Origin: Prevotellaceae bacterium
GTDB taxonomy: Bacteria > Bacteroidota > Bacteroidia > Bacteroidales > Paludibacteraceae
Reading direction: 5' to 3'
Length of the DNA stretch: 38,145 nucleotides
Assembly: GCA_031290375.1 (NCBI GenBank)
Contig: JAITNR010000253.1
Coordinates: 1 to 38,145, forward strand
Below the pieces are notes generated by a model that was not told the origin of the DNA, ran no database searches, and saw only the letters and a list, made by a program, of their open reading frames with translations. Both the position numbers and the translations under genes were made by a program. Positions 38,092-38,145 of this stretch are shown piece by piece; within the stretch, counting starts at the first letter, position 1, and the number at the start of each line of letters is the position of its first letter.

Positions 38092-38145
38092 CTTCACTAT
38101 CAACTTCTCTACTTTACTCATATTATCGGTAACCACTCTCACAAG
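38083..38145 (-). CDS. 3' end of a probable T9SS C-terminal-domain cargo protein (partial)
   Basis: ...LVRVVTDNMSKVEKLIVKKN*, matching the (Y)xVxV...KLIVK ending of type A CTDs; followed by a terminator. Confidence 0.6.
   Translation of the reverse strand, partial: LVRVVTDNMSKVEKLIVKKN

Noticed and set aside
38100-38145. rRNA (5S) end at the right edge
   Set aside because: Only superficial resemblance; the minus strand reads as an open frame with a T9SS CTD-like ending followed by a terminator.

Overview
AT-rich chromosomal window from a member of the Bacteroidota, probably Bacteroidales. This assignment rests on TAnnTTTG -7 promoter elements, A-rich start contexts without Shine-Dalgarno motifs, a T9SS-type C-terminal domain and the gene order ftsX-DUF3098-uppP and mlaD-dnaA. 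Most genes are housekeeping: uppP, ftsX, a GldA-like ABC ATPase, MlaD, dnaA, a GH13 hydrolase, lepA, a YfhO-like protein, tRNA-Ser(GCT), mtaB, an Omp85 barrel, fabD, a TIGR01212 radical SAM protein, purH, recX, tonB-exbD-exbB, pdxJ, nadK and DUF4954. Notable items: (1) carB is split into two apparently intact halves around a 1.15 kb AT-rich insert carrying a chimeric lipoprotein gene; (2) an attenuator-like leader precedes carB; (3) a putative iron-uptake operon (porin, imelysin, di-heme DUF1111 protein) carries its own very compact CcsBA heme lyase; (4) 7-bp tandem repeats overlap gene ends, supply stop codons and form a 32-bp perfect hairpin; (5) an unlisted 56-aa basic membrane micro-protein abuts lepA; (6) there is a decayed IS1634-like remnant and a frameshifted S41-peptidase-like pseudogene. 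No CRISPR array, rRNA or oriC-like DnaA-box cluster was seen. All family assignments come from motif recognition by eye, not from database searches.
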